Source: Somniosus microcephalus (Eukaryota). Taken from it: a DNA stretch of 64,000 nucleotides. Position numbers and translations under genes: made by a program. Below the pieces are notes generated by a model that searched no databases, had not been told where the DNA came from, and was given only the letters and a program-made list of their open reading frames with translations. The stretch covers positions 52,452,001 through 52,516,000 of the forward strand of contig JBMRGM010000035.1 of NCBI GenBank assembly GCA_052327205.1. The letters run 5' to 3'. Within the stretch, counting starts at the first letter, position 1; each line of letters begins with the position of its first letter. Of the stretch, positions 47,053 through 60,681 are shown piece by piece.

Positions 47053-48412
47053 CAGCAAACAACTCCTGCAAAACCACAGCAACTGAATCTCTATTTGGAA
47101 TAGTTCACCAGTCACGGCGACTGCTCCAGAGCAACAAAGGAACAGGAGTAGGCCATTGAGCCCCTCGAGCCTGTTCTGCCATTCAATGAGATCATGGCTG
47201 ATCTGCACGTTGGCCCATATCCTTTAATACCTTTAGTTAACAAAAAGCTATCAATCTCTGATTTAAAATTAACAATTGATCTAGCATCACTTGCCATTTG
47301 CGGATGAAAGTTCCAAACTTCTACCTCCCATTGTGTGTAAAAGTGTTTCCTAATTTCACTCCTGAAAGGTCTGGCTCAAATTTTTAGACTATGCCCCCTA
47401 GTCCTAGAATTCCCAACCAGTGGAAATAGTTTCTCTCTCTCTACCCTATCTATTCCCCATAATATCTTGAAAACTTCAATCAGATCACCCCTTAGACTTC
47501 TAAATTCTAGGGATTATAACCCTAGTTTGTGTAATCTCTCCTCGGAACAACCCTTGGAGTCCGGGTATCATTCTGGTAAACCTACGCTGCACTCCCTCCA
47601 AGGCCAATATATCCATCCTAAGGTGTGGTGCCCAGAACTGCTCACTGTACTCCAGGTGTGGTCTAACCGGGGTTTTGTATAGCTGCAGCATAACCTCTAC
47701 CCCTCTGTACTCTGGTCCACTAGACATAAAAGCCAGCATTCCATTAGCCTTTTTGATTATTTTCTGTACCTGTTCATGACATTTTAATGATCTCTGTACC
47801 TGGACCCCCAAGTCTCTTTGGACCTCCACTATTTTTGAGCCTTTCACAATTTAGAACGTACCCTGTTGTATCATTTTTAGGTCCAAAGTGGATGACTTCA
47901 CATTTGCCTACACTGAAATCCATTTGCCACAGTTTTACCCATTCACATAATCTATCGATATCACTTTGTAATTTTATGCTTTCATCTACACTCCCTACAA
48001 TGCAGCCTATCTTTGTGTCATCGCAGATTTAGATATATGACTTTCTATGCCATCATCTAAGTTGTTAATAAATACTGTTAATAGTTGAGGCCCCAACACA
48101 GATCCCTGTGGGACACCACAGTCACATCCTGCCAATTTGAGTACGTATCCATTATCCCTACTCTCTGCCTCCTGCAGCTCAGCTAATTTCCTAACTAGGT
48201 CAATAATTTGCAATGAATTCCTACTATCACCAAATTCTTCCACTCTGCTTGTGTGAAAGATCCAGTGATGGATTCCCGCCAGCCCGAGCTCTCCACGTTC
48301 TCACTGAATGAAACCTTCCTTCACGGGAAGCAGGCTCTGTTTGATTGTTTAGGTCCCGTAACCCCTGACCCTGTCTTACTGCTGTCAGAATAATGGGCTC
48401 TACTCAAATAAA
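47053..48412 (+). pseudogene. Second decayed defensin-like terminal exon plus 3'UTR, split by an antisense CR1 (about 47130-48210)
   Basis: 47053-47128 matches 26925-27000 (here GAC TGC where the other copy has GAC TGA). The 3'UTR from 48254 matches 63584 onward, with AATAAA at 48407. Confidence 0.65.
47130..48210 (-). mobile_element. 5'-truncated CR1 LINE
   Basis: Minus-strand [22 protein letters not shown] and a CR1 3'UTR. Confidence 0.85.
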
Positions 48413-48783
48413 ATTTACTGCATTGATCACCGCTTCACATCCGTGTCTTGTTTCTCTTTAGGATCAGTGTGTCCGAGGACAAGGTGTTCGGGGTGGATTG
48501 AGGCTGGGTGCAGATTTGGAAATCGCAGGAAATGGGAGGGGGAAACCGCTGCAGGGAATCTCTGCAAGTGCCTAAACACATTCAGGAAGGTACTGAGATA
48601 AAACGGGTGTCCCAGAGTTTCAGCACTCTGACCGATTGGATTCAGCATATCTCACTTACAGAATCATAGAATGAACCAGCACAGAAGGAAGCCCTTCGGC
48701 CGATTGACGCTGCACCGGCTCTTTCACAGAGTAATCCAGTTTGTCCCCCTCCCCCGCTCTTTCCCCATATCACGGCAATTATT

Positions 48784-48918
48784 AGTACGATAGCAAAATA
48801 CTGCAGATGTTGGAAATCCGAAATAACAACAGAAAATGCTGGAAAAACTCAGCAAGTCAGGCAACCTCCACGGATGTTGCCTGACTTGCTGAGTTTTTCC
48901 AGCATTTTCTGTTGTTAT
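48784..48918. mobile_element. Penelope-like end forming a 43-bp perfect inverted repeat, flanked by a target duplication
   Basis: Arms 48823-48865 and 48876-48918 with a 10-nt loop. CACGGCAATTATT at 48771-48783 and 48919-48931. Confidence 0.75.
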
Positions 48919-49724
48919 CACGGCAATTATTTCTCCTTCACGTATTTAGCCAATTCCATTTTGATGGCTATTCCTGAATCTGTATCCAGCACCCTATCAG
49001 TCAGTCATTCCAAATTCTAACCACTCGTTGCATAAACACATTTTTCCTCATGTCACCTCTGATTCTATTGACAATCACATTAAATCTCTCGTTATCGACG
49101 CTTCAGCCATTAGAGAGAGATTCTCATTATTGACTCTCTGAACCCTTCATGATTTTAAACTCCTATCAAATCTCTACTTGGCCTTCCCCGCTCCAAGGAG
49201 AAAACCCCGTCTTCTCCAGTCTATCCATGTAACAGTAATCCCTCATCCCTGAAACCATTCTAGTAAATCTCTTCTGTACCCTCTCCAAAACATTCTCATC
49301 CATCCTAAAGTGTAGAGCCCAGAATTGGACACACTACTCCAGCTGGGACCGCACTAGTGTTTTATATCGGTTTAACACATTGTTCTGACTGTTGTTAACC
49401 TGTCCTCCCCCCAAAGGTTTGTGCACAAACAACCCCAGGTCTCGTTCTCGCACCCCCTTTAAAATTGGAACATTCAGATTGTGTTGTCTCTCCTCATTCC
49501 TCCGACCAATCTGTATCACCTCACACTTTCTGTGTTGAACTTCGTCCACTATTCCAGCCTGTCTATGTTGTCTTGAAGTTTATTACCATCTTCCTCACTC
49601 TTTACTGCACTTCCACATTTCGTGTCATCTGTACATTTCTAAATTCTGCTCTGTATCCCCAAGTTCATGGGTTTCCTCAGGCAGACTGAAATGAGACATA
49701 ATCTACATTAGACCCACAGACACT

Positions 49725-50995
49725 ATCTAACCCGTGCTGTACCTGCCCAGGGAATTTTCGATGGGACATTGTAGAAGGAGCTTTAGTCTTCGGCTAACCA
49801 GTGCTGTACCTGCCCTGAGAGTGCTTGATGGGACAGTGTAGAGGGAGCAATACTCTGCATCTAACCCGAGCTGTACCTGCCCTGAGAGTGTTTAATGGGA
49901 CAGTGTAGACTGAGCTTTACTCTGTTTCTGTCCTGCACTGCACCTGCGCTGGGAGTGTTTGATGGGACAATGTCGATGGAGCTTTACTCTGTATCTAACC
50001 TGTGCTTTACCTGCCCTGGGAGGTTTTGATAGGGACAGTGTAGAGTGAGCTTTATTCTGTATCTAACCCGTGCTGTACTTGCCCTGAGTGATTAATGGGA
50101 CAGTGTCGACTGAGTTTTACTCTGTTTCTGTCCTGTGCTTCACCTGCCCTGGGAGTGTTTGATGGGACAGTGTAGAGGGAGCCTTACCCTGTAACTAACC
50201 CAAGTAGTGCCTGCCCTGAGAGTTTTTGATAGGGACAGTGTAGAGGGAACATTACTCTGTATCTAACCCGTGCTGTACCTACCCTGGGAGTGTTTGATGG
50301 GATGCTGCAGAGGGGGCTTTACTCTGTATCTAACCTGTGCTGTACCTGCCCTGGGAGAGTTTGATGGGACAGTGTAGAGTGAGCTTTACTCTGTATCTAA
50401 CCCGTGCTGTACCTGTCCTGGGAGTGTTTGATGGGACAGTGCAGAGGGAGCTATTCTGTGCAACTAACCCGTGCTGTACCTGCCCTGAGAGTTTTTGATA
50501 GGGACAGTGAAGACTGAGCTTTACTTTGTTTCTTTCCTGCACTGCACCTGCCTTGGGAGTGTTTGATGGGACAGTGTAGAGGAAGCTTTACTCTGTATCT
50601 AACCCGTGCTGTACCTACCCTGGGAGTGTTTGATGGGGACAGTGTAGAGGGCACATTACTTTGTATCTAACCTGTGCTGTACCTACCCTGGGAGTGTTTG
50701 ATGGGATGCTGCAGAGTGAGCTTTACTCTGTATCTTATCCGTGCTGAACCTGCACTGAATTTTTTTGATGGGACAGTTTGAGTGATCTTTACTCAGTTTC
50801 TGTCTTGTGCTGTACCTCCACTGGGAGTGATTGATGTGACAATGTAGAGTCAACTTTACTCTCTATATCTGTCCTGTGCTGTACCTGCCCTGGGAGTGTT
50901 TGATGGGGACCGTGTCGAGGGAGATTTACTCTGTATCTCTCCCGTGCTGTACCTGCCCTGGGAGTGTTTGATGGGGCAGTGTAAATGGAGTTTGA
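49725..50995. repeat. 67-bp satellite array, roughly 19 diverged units
   Basis: Same unit as 15367-15647. Confidence 0.93.
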
Positions 50996-51999
50996 CCGGG
51001 GACCCATGTGAAGCTGGCAGTATAACTCAGATCTGCTGGATAACCCTGCTCTGAAGTCAGTGCCTGTCTCAAAACCTGTACTGACTGAACAAAATCTCAT
51101 TGCTTTAAAGTTAGTGATTATAACCTGACATCGATATGATATGATAGAGTAAGAAAACTTCGAGAAATATTAAACTGAACAGAGAAGGAGCGATTAAAAA
51201 AAAAAATCTCTTTCCGTCTCTCTGCCTCTTTCTCTCTTACTATGCCTCATTCCGGCGCGCTCTCGCGCTCTCTCATCTTTCTCTCTGCCTCGCTGTCCTT
51301 TACTCTTTCAGCCTTTCTCTTCACTTCCATTTGGTCCCTCTTTTTGCCTCTCTCTGTCTCCCTTCCCTTCTCTGTCTCCCTTCCCCTCTCTCTCTCCCTA
51401 CCACCTCACCCCCCTCCCCTCCCGTCTGTCAGTTTCTACCTTCTCAGTCAAGATTCCTCACCTAACTGCGCTCTCTGAACACAACCACTTTATCACTGAG
51501 CCCAGACTGTGCTCTGAACACATTGCATGAGCTGGTCACAGCTTCTTCACCCCCCAGTTTTAAAATGTGCTTTCCAGGATGTGTCCGGTCCCACCAGGGG
51601 CTTGGAGTCCTGCAAGATTTCGCTGTTAATCTAGAGGGAAGCTTGCTTTTTATTCTAACCTCTGCTGCACCTCTTCCGCCACATCTCATTCATCCCCATT
51701 CCTGAATTCATTTTTTTACATTTCATCGTCCACTGACATCTCCGCCCACATATGTACACATTGCCTCCGATGTGCTCCTCTCTGTAAATCTACTGGGCCT
51801 TGTTTTTCAAGATTTTTGTCAGCCTGCCTCTGTAATTGAAGCAGTTTGGTCATTTTGTAAGTTTATCTGCAATGTTTCAATAATTGGCAAGCGATTTCTG
51901 CTGATCTGCTGAGCGTATTTCCATAGGACACAGATGCCTCAGGAGAGCAGGCATCCAAACCAGGTTAACATGACACTGAAAATGTTATTCTACAGTCCA

Positions 52000-53760
52000 G
52001 CTAACAGTGGAAGGGAATTGGAGGGAAAATATGTCAGTACATCTATAAAATAAGTCAAATACAAATCCTAATCATGGGAGATTTCAACAACACCAAATAA
52101 TCTGGCAAGGAGAGGTAGGGAAAGGGGAAAAGGGAATGGAGAATTTACAGTGTGTTCAGGACTCCTTTCTTACACAGAACGTAAGAAGCCCAACAAGAGA
52201 GGGATCAGTGATGGATCTATAATGGGAAATGAACCAGAGCAGATAAGAGACAGACAGAGAGATAGAACAGCAGTGGGAAATACTTACAAAGGTGATCAAT
52301 TGAGTTCAGGAGGAAGATATTCCACTAAAATAAACAAGAATAAACTAGCCAATAATGAAACACCATGGAAAAGGGCAAAATTTAAACAAAAGGAAAGGCA
52401 GACACTGAGTACAGTGACAATAAAGGAGAGGATGAGAAAAGGAGTAGGGCGAGGTTGGGAAAGAAGCAAAAAAACAATTAGGAAGGCGAAAAGGAACTGC
52501 GACATTAAATTATCAAGTAATATGCCAAGAAATAGTAAAAAGTAATCTACAGACCCACAAAAGAAAAGGTAAAACAAGATAGGGTCAGGGCCACTAAAGG
52601 ATGCAGAAGATAAACTCGCAGGTAATGACAGCAAAATGGCAGAAATATTGGAGAATTACTTTGCCTCAGTTTTTAACCAGGTCGACTAACAAGGTGGATA
52701 TGACATTGCAAGAGGAGATCAAAAAAGATACCAAGACCTTTAAAATTGAAAGGGGAAAATAACTGATAAACTAGTAAAAGTTAGAGAGGATAAAGCGGCG
52801 GGTCTGGATGTGTTAATTCACACATACTAAACGAAGCAAGGAAGAGATAGCAGCGGCACTAATATATTTACTCAGAATTGTTGGTACAATATCAAAATTT
52901 GTGGATGACACCAAATTTGGGATTGTAATCAATACTGAGGAGGATTGTGACAATACAAGATGTTAATAAACTTGGGTGATGGGCGTGTGAAGGGCAAATT
53001 AATTTCAATACAGATAGGTGTGAGGTGGTGCATTTCCTTGGAAAGTAAGTGTCTAAATGGGGTAGAGGAGCAAAGGGATCTGGAGGAACAGCAGTACAAA
53101 TCGTTAAAAGCAAGCTAATAAGGCCATGGAAATGCAAACAAAGCATTGGAGTTCATTTCTAGAGTAAGAGAATTGCAAAGCAGAGAAGTTATGTTAAACT
53201 TATATAGAACCTTGGTTACACCCCACTTGGAGTACTGTATACAGTTCTGGTCTCCATATTACAGTAAGGGTATAGAGTCACTGGAGAAGGTGCAAAAAAG
53301 ATTTACACGCATTATACCGTAACTGAGAGGTTCTTAGTATTCTGAATGACTGAATAGGCTGGGGCTCTTTCTCTCGAAAAGGGAAGGCTGAGCGATGATC
53401 TAATAGAGACCTTTATAATTCTGAAGGGGTTTGATGGGGTAGATATAGAGATGTTACTACTTGTGGGGAGTCCAAAATCAGGGGTCATAAATATAAGATA
53501 GTTACTAATAAATCCAATAAGAAATTCAGGAGAAACTTCTTCACCCAGAGAGTGGTTAGAATGTAGAGCTTGCTGGCACATGGAGTAGTTGAGGTGAATA
53601 GCAGAGTGTCTTTAAGGGGAAGCTAGAGAAGTACACGAGAGAGAAAGGTATAGAAGGATATGATAGGGTGAGGTGAAGTAAGGTGGGTGGAGACTCGTGT
53701 GGAACATAAACACCGGCATGGACCTGGTGGACTGAATGGCCTGTTTCTGTGCTGTAAATT
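52000..53760 (+). mobile_element. Old, heavily deleted CR1 relic (duplicated at 55075-56800, 15850-18060 plus 24550-25195, and 6475-6980 plus 9697-10130)
   Basis: Degenerate APE/RT words and a CR1 3'UTR. The copies are collinear. Confidence 0.7.
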
Positions 53761-54149
53761 CTATGTAATTCTGTAGTGAATTCTGAACAGACACGGTACA
53801 ACACTCGAAACAATCATCAGCAAGGCCTGGGTGTCACAGAGGGCCAAAGCTCTGACCTTTCACCCCTACCGATCTGAAGGTCTTGTGTAACATGAATGTG
53901 GGGAGTTCAAACACTGTCCTTGGTGAGAGGTCAGATTTGTACCACACTCGGCCCTAAGTTGGCAGACTGGCTGTTTCATGCCAAACACGTCCCTTCAGAA
54001 GCCTGTTTAAAACCTCTCACTCCGTCACTGATTTCAATCCACCTACAACCTTAACCCTCTCCCTCCTGCTCAGTCTGTGTGTGTGCCTATCTGGACGTGC
54101 GTGTGTTCTGTCTGTCTGTACGTGTATGCATGTCAGTGTCTGTTCATGT

Positions 54150-55072
54150 TTTTGTGTGTGTGTTTCTTGGCACCATGTGCAGATCCCGCATCTATATTAC
54201 CCTCTATATTCCGCACAGTGCCAGTTTCTGAGCTGGTGTCTGAGTGTCTGATGCAGTGACGTTTGGTGGGCCATCTTCTTCTTCTCCACTTTCCTCCATT
54301 ATTTCGGGGACAGGCTACGTGGGTGGCAGATCTTGGTCATCTGAAAGCAGAAAGGCACAAGTGTCAGGTTATGATGAGGGGAGGGGGGAAAGCAAGATAT
54401 CCATGCATGCAGCATCAGCAGCTTGTAAGTGAGAAGAGCTTGTGGGATGAGGGGATGTGGGATATGAGAAGGAGGATTAGGAATGAGCAGAGCGTTATTG
54501 CCCCCAAGGGCTTCAACTTCCCCGTTTTCGTGGCTTCGGTGACTGCCCCTCCAATCATGTCGAGCACTGTCTCCTCCAGTTGGCAAAGGTCTGTAAAGCG
54601 GTTTGGCCGCTTCCCGTCTGCCGTTGCTCGCGGCGGTTGTGAGCTACCTTGGCCTGCAAGAAAAAGGGAAGTGTGTCAGTGAGTGCAGTGAGTGTTTGGG
54701 TGATGTGCCTGCCTTAGTTGAATAGCTCTTAGTATGTGCAAGGTGTGAGATGTGGCTGTGAGTGTTGCAGCAGTGGTAAGGTTGTGAGGGTGAAAGGAAG
54801 CTATGATTGTGAGGTCTGTGTGGTGAAAGGTAGGTGAATGATGGGGGTGTGGTATATTGAGCAGTGTCTGAGGCTTGTGGTGCAGATGCTGGGATATGAC
54901 ATTTGCTGAAGCCTTCACTCACCTTGACCTGCCGTGTGAGGTCGTTAAACTTCTTGCGGCACTGGATCCATGTCCGCGGGACGACACTAATGACCGTGAC
55001 ATGATACTGTTGGCCGTGATGTACCAGCTATCTCCTGCCACAGCCTTCTCGAAGTGTGCACTGATGGCTTCC
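54150..55072 (-). mobile_element. PIF/Harbinger-like element fragment with a Myb/SANT-like exon (duplicate of part of 57170-61521)
   Basis: Minus strand RTWIQCRKKFNDLTRQVK|GTGAGT. Confidence 0.65.
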
Positions 55073-57689
55073 TGATGGATCTATAAAGGGTGATGAACCA
55101 GAGCAGATAAGAGAAGTGAGCTTCGGTGAAAATCTAGACAATATCAATCTCAACATAATAAGGTTTATGATTTGAGAAAGACAAAAATAATCATTTGGAA
55201 AAAGCTGATTGAGGTGATGTAAATGGAGCTAGTGAAGATAAATTGGAACGGAAGAGACAGAAAAAGAGAGAGAGCAGCAGTGGGAAATATATAAAAGGGT
55301 GATCAGTAGAGTTCAGGAGGAATATATTCCACTAAAATAAACAATAAACTAGCCAATAATGAAGCACCATGGATGAATAAAGAGATGAGGGCAAAATTGA
55401 AACTAAAGAAAAAGGCAGAGACTGAGTACAGTGACAATAAAGGAAAGGATGACAAAAGGGAATAGGAAGAGATTGGGAAAGAAATTTAAAAAAAACAATT
55501 AGGAAGGCGAAAAGGAATTGCGACATTAAATTATCAAGTAATATAAAAAGAAATAGTAAATAGTAAAATCTACAGACACACAACAAAAGGTAAAACAGGA
55601 TAGGGACAGAGCCACTAAAGGATGCACAAGATAAACTCGCAGGTAATGACAGCGAAATGGCAGGAAATGCCTCAGTTTTTAAACTGGCTGACTAACGAGG
55701 TGGATATGACCTTGCAAGAGGAGATCAAAAAAGATATCAAGACCGTTAAAATTGAAAGGGGAAAATAACTGATAAACTAGCAGAAGTTTGAGAGGATAAA
55801 ATCGCAGGTCTGGATGTGTTAATTCACACAGACTAAATGGAGCAAGGGAAGAGATAGCAGAGGCACTAATATATTTACTCGGAATTGTTGGTACAGTTTC
55901 AAAATTTGTGGATGATGTCAAATTTGGGATTTTAATCAATATTGAAGAGGATTGTGACAATACAAGATGTTAAACTTGGATGATGGGTGTGTAAATGGCA
56001 AATTAATTTCAATATAGATCGGTATGAGGTGGTGAATTTTGGTAGGAGGAGTAAGGAGGCTACGAGCTCCTTGGATAGCAAGTGACTAAATGTGGTAGAG
56101 GAGCAAAGGGATCTCGGGGAACAGATGTACAAATCATTAAAAGCAGGTTAACAAGGCCATGAAAATGCAAACCAAGCACTGGGGTTCATTTCTAGAGTAA
56201 GAGAATTGCAAAGCAGAGAAGTTATATTAAACGTGTACAGACTTTGGTTAGACCACACTTGGAGCACTGTGTACAGTTCTGGTCTCCAAATTACGAAAAG
56301 TATATCGAGACACTGGAGAAGGTGCAAAATAGGATTGACGAGAATTATACCAGAACTGAGAGGTTCTAAGTATCCAGAATGACTGAACATGTTGGGGCTC
56401 TTTCTCTAGAAAAGAGAAGGCTGAGCAATGTCTAATAGAGATCTTTATATTTATGAAGGGCTTTGATGGGGTAGATGTAGAGAAGATGATCCCACTTTAG
56501 GGAGTCGCAAACTAGGGATCATAAACATAAGATGGTCATTAATAATTGCAATAATGAACTCGGGAGAAACCTCTTTACCCAGAGAGTGGTTAGAATGTAA
56601 AGCTTGCTGGCAAATGGAGTAGTTGAGGTGAATAGCAGAGTGCCTTTAAGGGGCAACCAGATAGGTATATGATGGAGAAAGGAATAGAAGGATATGATGG
56701 TAGGATGAGGTGAAGTAAGGGGGGAGGAGGTTGGTGTGGAGCATAAACACCGGCATGGACCTGTTGGACTGAATGGCCTGTTTCTGCGCTGTAAATACTA
56801 TGTAATTCTATCGTGAATTCTGAATAGACACAGTACAGCTCTCGAAACAAACTTCAGCGAGAGGCTAGGTGTCACAGAGGGTCAAAACTCTGACCTTTCT
56901 CCCCTACCGATCTGAAGGTTTTGTGTAAAATGAATGTAGGGAGTTCAAACACAGTCCTTGGTGAGAGGTCAGATTTGTACCACACTGGGCCCTAAATCGA
57001 CAGACTGGCTGTTACGTGCCGAGCAAGTGTCTTTAAAAGCCTGTTTAAAACCTCTCTCTCCGTCACTGATCTCAATCCACCTACAACCGTAACCCTTTCC
57101 CTCCTGCTCTGTGTGTGTGTCTGTATGTATGTGCGTGTTATCAGTCTGTCTACGTGTATGCATGGCAGTGTCTGTGTGTGTGTTTCTTGGCACCATGTGC
57201 AGATCCCGCATCTATATTACCCTCTACATTCCGCGCAGTGCCAGTTTCTGAGCTGCTGTCTGAGTGTCGGATGCAGTGACGTGTGGTGGGCCATCTTCTT
57301 CATCTCCACTTTCCTCCATTATTTCGGGGACAGGCTATGCGGGTGACAGATCTTGGTCATCTGAAATCAGAAAGGCACAAGAGTCAGGTTATGATGAGGG
57401 GAGGGGGGAAAGCAAGATATCCATGTATATAGCATCAGCAGCTTGTAAGTGAGAAGAGGTTGTGGGATGAGGGGATGTGGGATATGAGAAGAAGGATTAG
57501 GAATGAGCATTATTGACCCCCAGGGCTGCAACTTCCCCGTTGTTGCGGCCTCGGTGACTTCCCCTCCAATCATGTCGAGCACTGTCTCCTCCAGTTGGCA
57601 AAGGCCTGTACAGCGGTTTGGCCGCCTCCCGTCTGCCGCTGCTCACGGTGGTTGTGAGCCACCTTGGCCTGCAAGAGAAAGGGAAGTGT

Positions 57690-58092
57690 GTCAGTGAGTG
57701 CAGTGAGTGTTTGGTGATGTGTCTGTCAAAGTTGAATAGCTGTCGGTGTGTGCAAGGTGTGAGATGTGGCTGTGAGTGCAGTGAGTGTTTGTGTGATGTG
57801 TCTGTCAAAGTTGAATAGCTGTCGGTGTGTGCAAGGTGTGAGATGTGTCAGTGAGTGCAGTGAGTGTTTGTGTGATGTGTCTGTCAAAGTTGAATAGCTG
57901 TCGGTGTGTGCAAGGTGTGAGATGTGTCAGTGAGTGCAGTGAGTGTTTGGGTGATGTGTCTGCCAAAGTTGAATCGCTGTCGGTGTGTGCAAGGTGTGAG
58001 ATGTGTCAGTGAGTGCAGTGAGTGTTTGTGTGATGTGTCTGTCAAAGTTGAATAGCTGTCGGTGTGTGCAAGGTGTGAGATGTGTCAGTGAG
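57690..58092. repeat. 79-bp tandem repeat, about 5 units
   Basis: TGTCAGTGAGTG recurs at 57846, 57925, 58004 and 58083. Only one unit in the paralogue at about 54675-54760. Confidence 0.9.
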
Positions 58093-59417
58093 TGTTGCAG
58101 CAATGGTAAGGTTGTAAGGGTGAAATGAAGCTATGATTGTGAGGTCTGAGTGGTGAAAGGTCGGTCAGTGATGGGGGTGTGATGCATTGAGCAGTGTCCG
58201 AGGCTTGTGGTGCAGATGCTGGGATATGACATTTGCTGAAGCCTTCACTCACCTTGACCTGCCGTGTGAGGTCGCTAAACTTCTTGCGGCACTGTATCCA
58301 TGTCCGCGGGACAACACTATTGACCGTGACATGATACTGTTGACCGTGATGTAGCTAATGTTACCCCACTATTCAAAAAAGGTGGTAGAGAAAAAGCGGG
58401 GGATTATAGACCGATAAGCCTGACATCGGTAGTGGGGAAAATGCTAGCGTCCATTATAAAAGATGTAATAGCAGAGCACTTGGAAAGCAGTGACGGGATC
58501 GGACAAAGTCAACATGGATTTACAAAAGGTAAATCATGCTTGACTAATCTACTGGAATTTTTGGAGGATGTAACTGGTAAAATAGATAAGGGAGAACCAG
58601 TGGATGTGGTATACTTGGACTTTCAGAAGGCTTTCGATAAGGTCCCACATAAGAGATTAGCGTGCAAAATTAAGGCACATGGGATTGGGGGCAAGGTATT
58701 GACTTGAATAGAGAACTGTTTGGCAGACAGAAAGCAAAGAGTTGGAATAAACGGGTCGTTTTCCGAGTGGCAGGGAGTGACTAGTGGGGTACCGCAAGGA
58801 TCGGTCCTAGGACCCCAGCTGTTAACAATATATATTAATGATCTGGACGAGGGAATTGGATGTAATATTTCCAAATTTGCAGACGACACAAAGCTGGGTG
58901 GGAGGCTATGCTGTGAGGAGGATGTCGTGAAACTCCAGTACGATTTGGACAGGTTGGGTGGTTGGGCAGACACATGGCAAATGCACTATAATGTGGATAA
59001 ATGTGAGGTTATCCACTTTGGTGGCAAAAACAGGACGGCAGATTATTATTTGAATGGCAATAGATTGGGAGAAGGGGAAGTGCAAAGAGACCTGGGTGTC
59101 CTTGTGCACCAGTCGCTGAAGGTAAGCATGCAGGTGCAGCAGGCGGTTAAGAAGGCAAATGGTATGTTGGCCTTCGTAGCACGAGGGTTCGAGTACAGGA
59201 AAAAGGATGTCTTGCTACAGTTGTACAGGGCCTTGGTGAGACCGCACCTTGAGTATTGTGTGCAGTTTTGGTCGCCTTACCTGAGGAAGGACGTTCTTGC
59301 CATGGAAGGAGTGCAGCGAAGATTCACCAGGCTGATACCTGGGATGGCAGGAATGACGTATGAGGAGAGATTGTGTCAATTGGGCTTATACTCACTGGAG
59401 TTTAGAAGATTGAGAGG

Positions 59418-60681
59418 TGTAAGGATTCCGGGGGCTTCTTTTAAACTGGTTTAAGGTAATCTACCTGGCCAGCAGTCTTTTTGCTGCTGCACTCTAAACC
59501 AGTTTACAAACAGCGGTTTCGAATCGCTACCCCTCCTTTAGTTCTGAGTGGAGGAACTTATAATTAATGATATTAAAACGGAACAAGTGGTTTGGATGAG
59601 AGCAAAAATCAAGCTTTATTAACTAAAAGAAACTATAATCAAAAATACCAAACTATCCCACACGAACACAGTGAAATTGTAAAACTATATAACGGGGGTT
59701 GCAGACATTGAAAACGAGGGATACAATGGCTACAATGTTATTTAAACAATCTTAGCAATTCCCTTAAATCACCATCCCCCCTTAACTCCTGCTTGGTTGC
59801 CTTGTTGAGGAGTCAGAAACTCTGCTCACATGTGGTCCAGCAAAGAGGAAGAGGAAGAGAGAGAGAGAGAGAGAGAGCTCACCTATGGTCCCAGGAAGTC
59901 AAGAGAGCGAAATAGCTTCAGCATCTATCTTTATACCTGGTGAGCCCCTCCCGTTCTGCCTTGCAAGGCTGTGTGCAAAATTCCCCACCCAAAAGGGTCC
60001 AATACACAAGAGAAAGCTGTGATAGGTTAACTCAAAGTGGTTGGATTGAGTTAATGTGATTTTCGGAGCTCCCTGTGCTGAAACAAAAGGGAGATACGAC
60101 TGCTCTATTGTCCAGTACTGGGGTGATTTAAAATCCATTCAAATGTTAACGCTTCCCGTTCATGATACAAAAGTCTCTTCTGCAGTTTAGATGTCCTCCA
60201 CTCGATATACAAACAAATGCTAATAGCATTCAGTTGCTTTGTAAACAAAGCATTGACCTTTGTCTTCATCGAACCTTACTTCCAGACATACAAAGCTGCA
60301 TTCCAAGCCTCTTTTGTCATTCGGCCATGTGATGCGACTGCCACTCGGCCTCGGGCGACTGTCTGTGTGGAGTTTGCACATTCTCCCCGTGTTTGCGTGG
60401 GTTTCCTCCGGGTGCTCCGGTTTCCTCCCACAGTCCAAAGATGTGCGGGTTAGGTTGATTGGCTATGATAAAATTGACCCTTAGTGTTGGGGGGATTAAA
60501 TACGTGGAGTTACGGGGATAGGGTGGGATATGTGTTGGTGTAGGGGTTACGGGGATCGGGTGGGATATGTGTCGGTGCAGGCTCGATGGGCCGAAATGGC
60601 CTCTATCTGCACTGTGGGGCTTCTGTGATACTTTAATCAAAAAAATGAATCTTCAGAACTGTAAATTATTGCGAATTCTTA
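59418..60681 (-). mobile_element. Probable solo LTR inside the CR1, GAGG flanks
   Basis: Termini TGTAAGGATTC...GAATTCTTA (inverted, terminal CA missing). Minus-strand AATAAA near 59615. Removal restores CR1 LRGDL. Confidence 0.65.
60334..60623 (+). mobile_element. V-SINE (HE1-like), 5'-truncated, TGTGAT flanks
   Basis: V-domain text GTGTGGAGTTTGCACATTCTCCCCGTG...GGGTTTCCTCCGGGTGCTCCGGTTTCCTCCCACAGTCCAAAG and a CR1-like 3' end. Confidence 0.85.

Noticed and set aside
49725-50995. CRISPR-like regular array
   Set aside because: The whole 67-bp unit repeats with no unique spacers, the context is eukaryotic and there are no cas genes.
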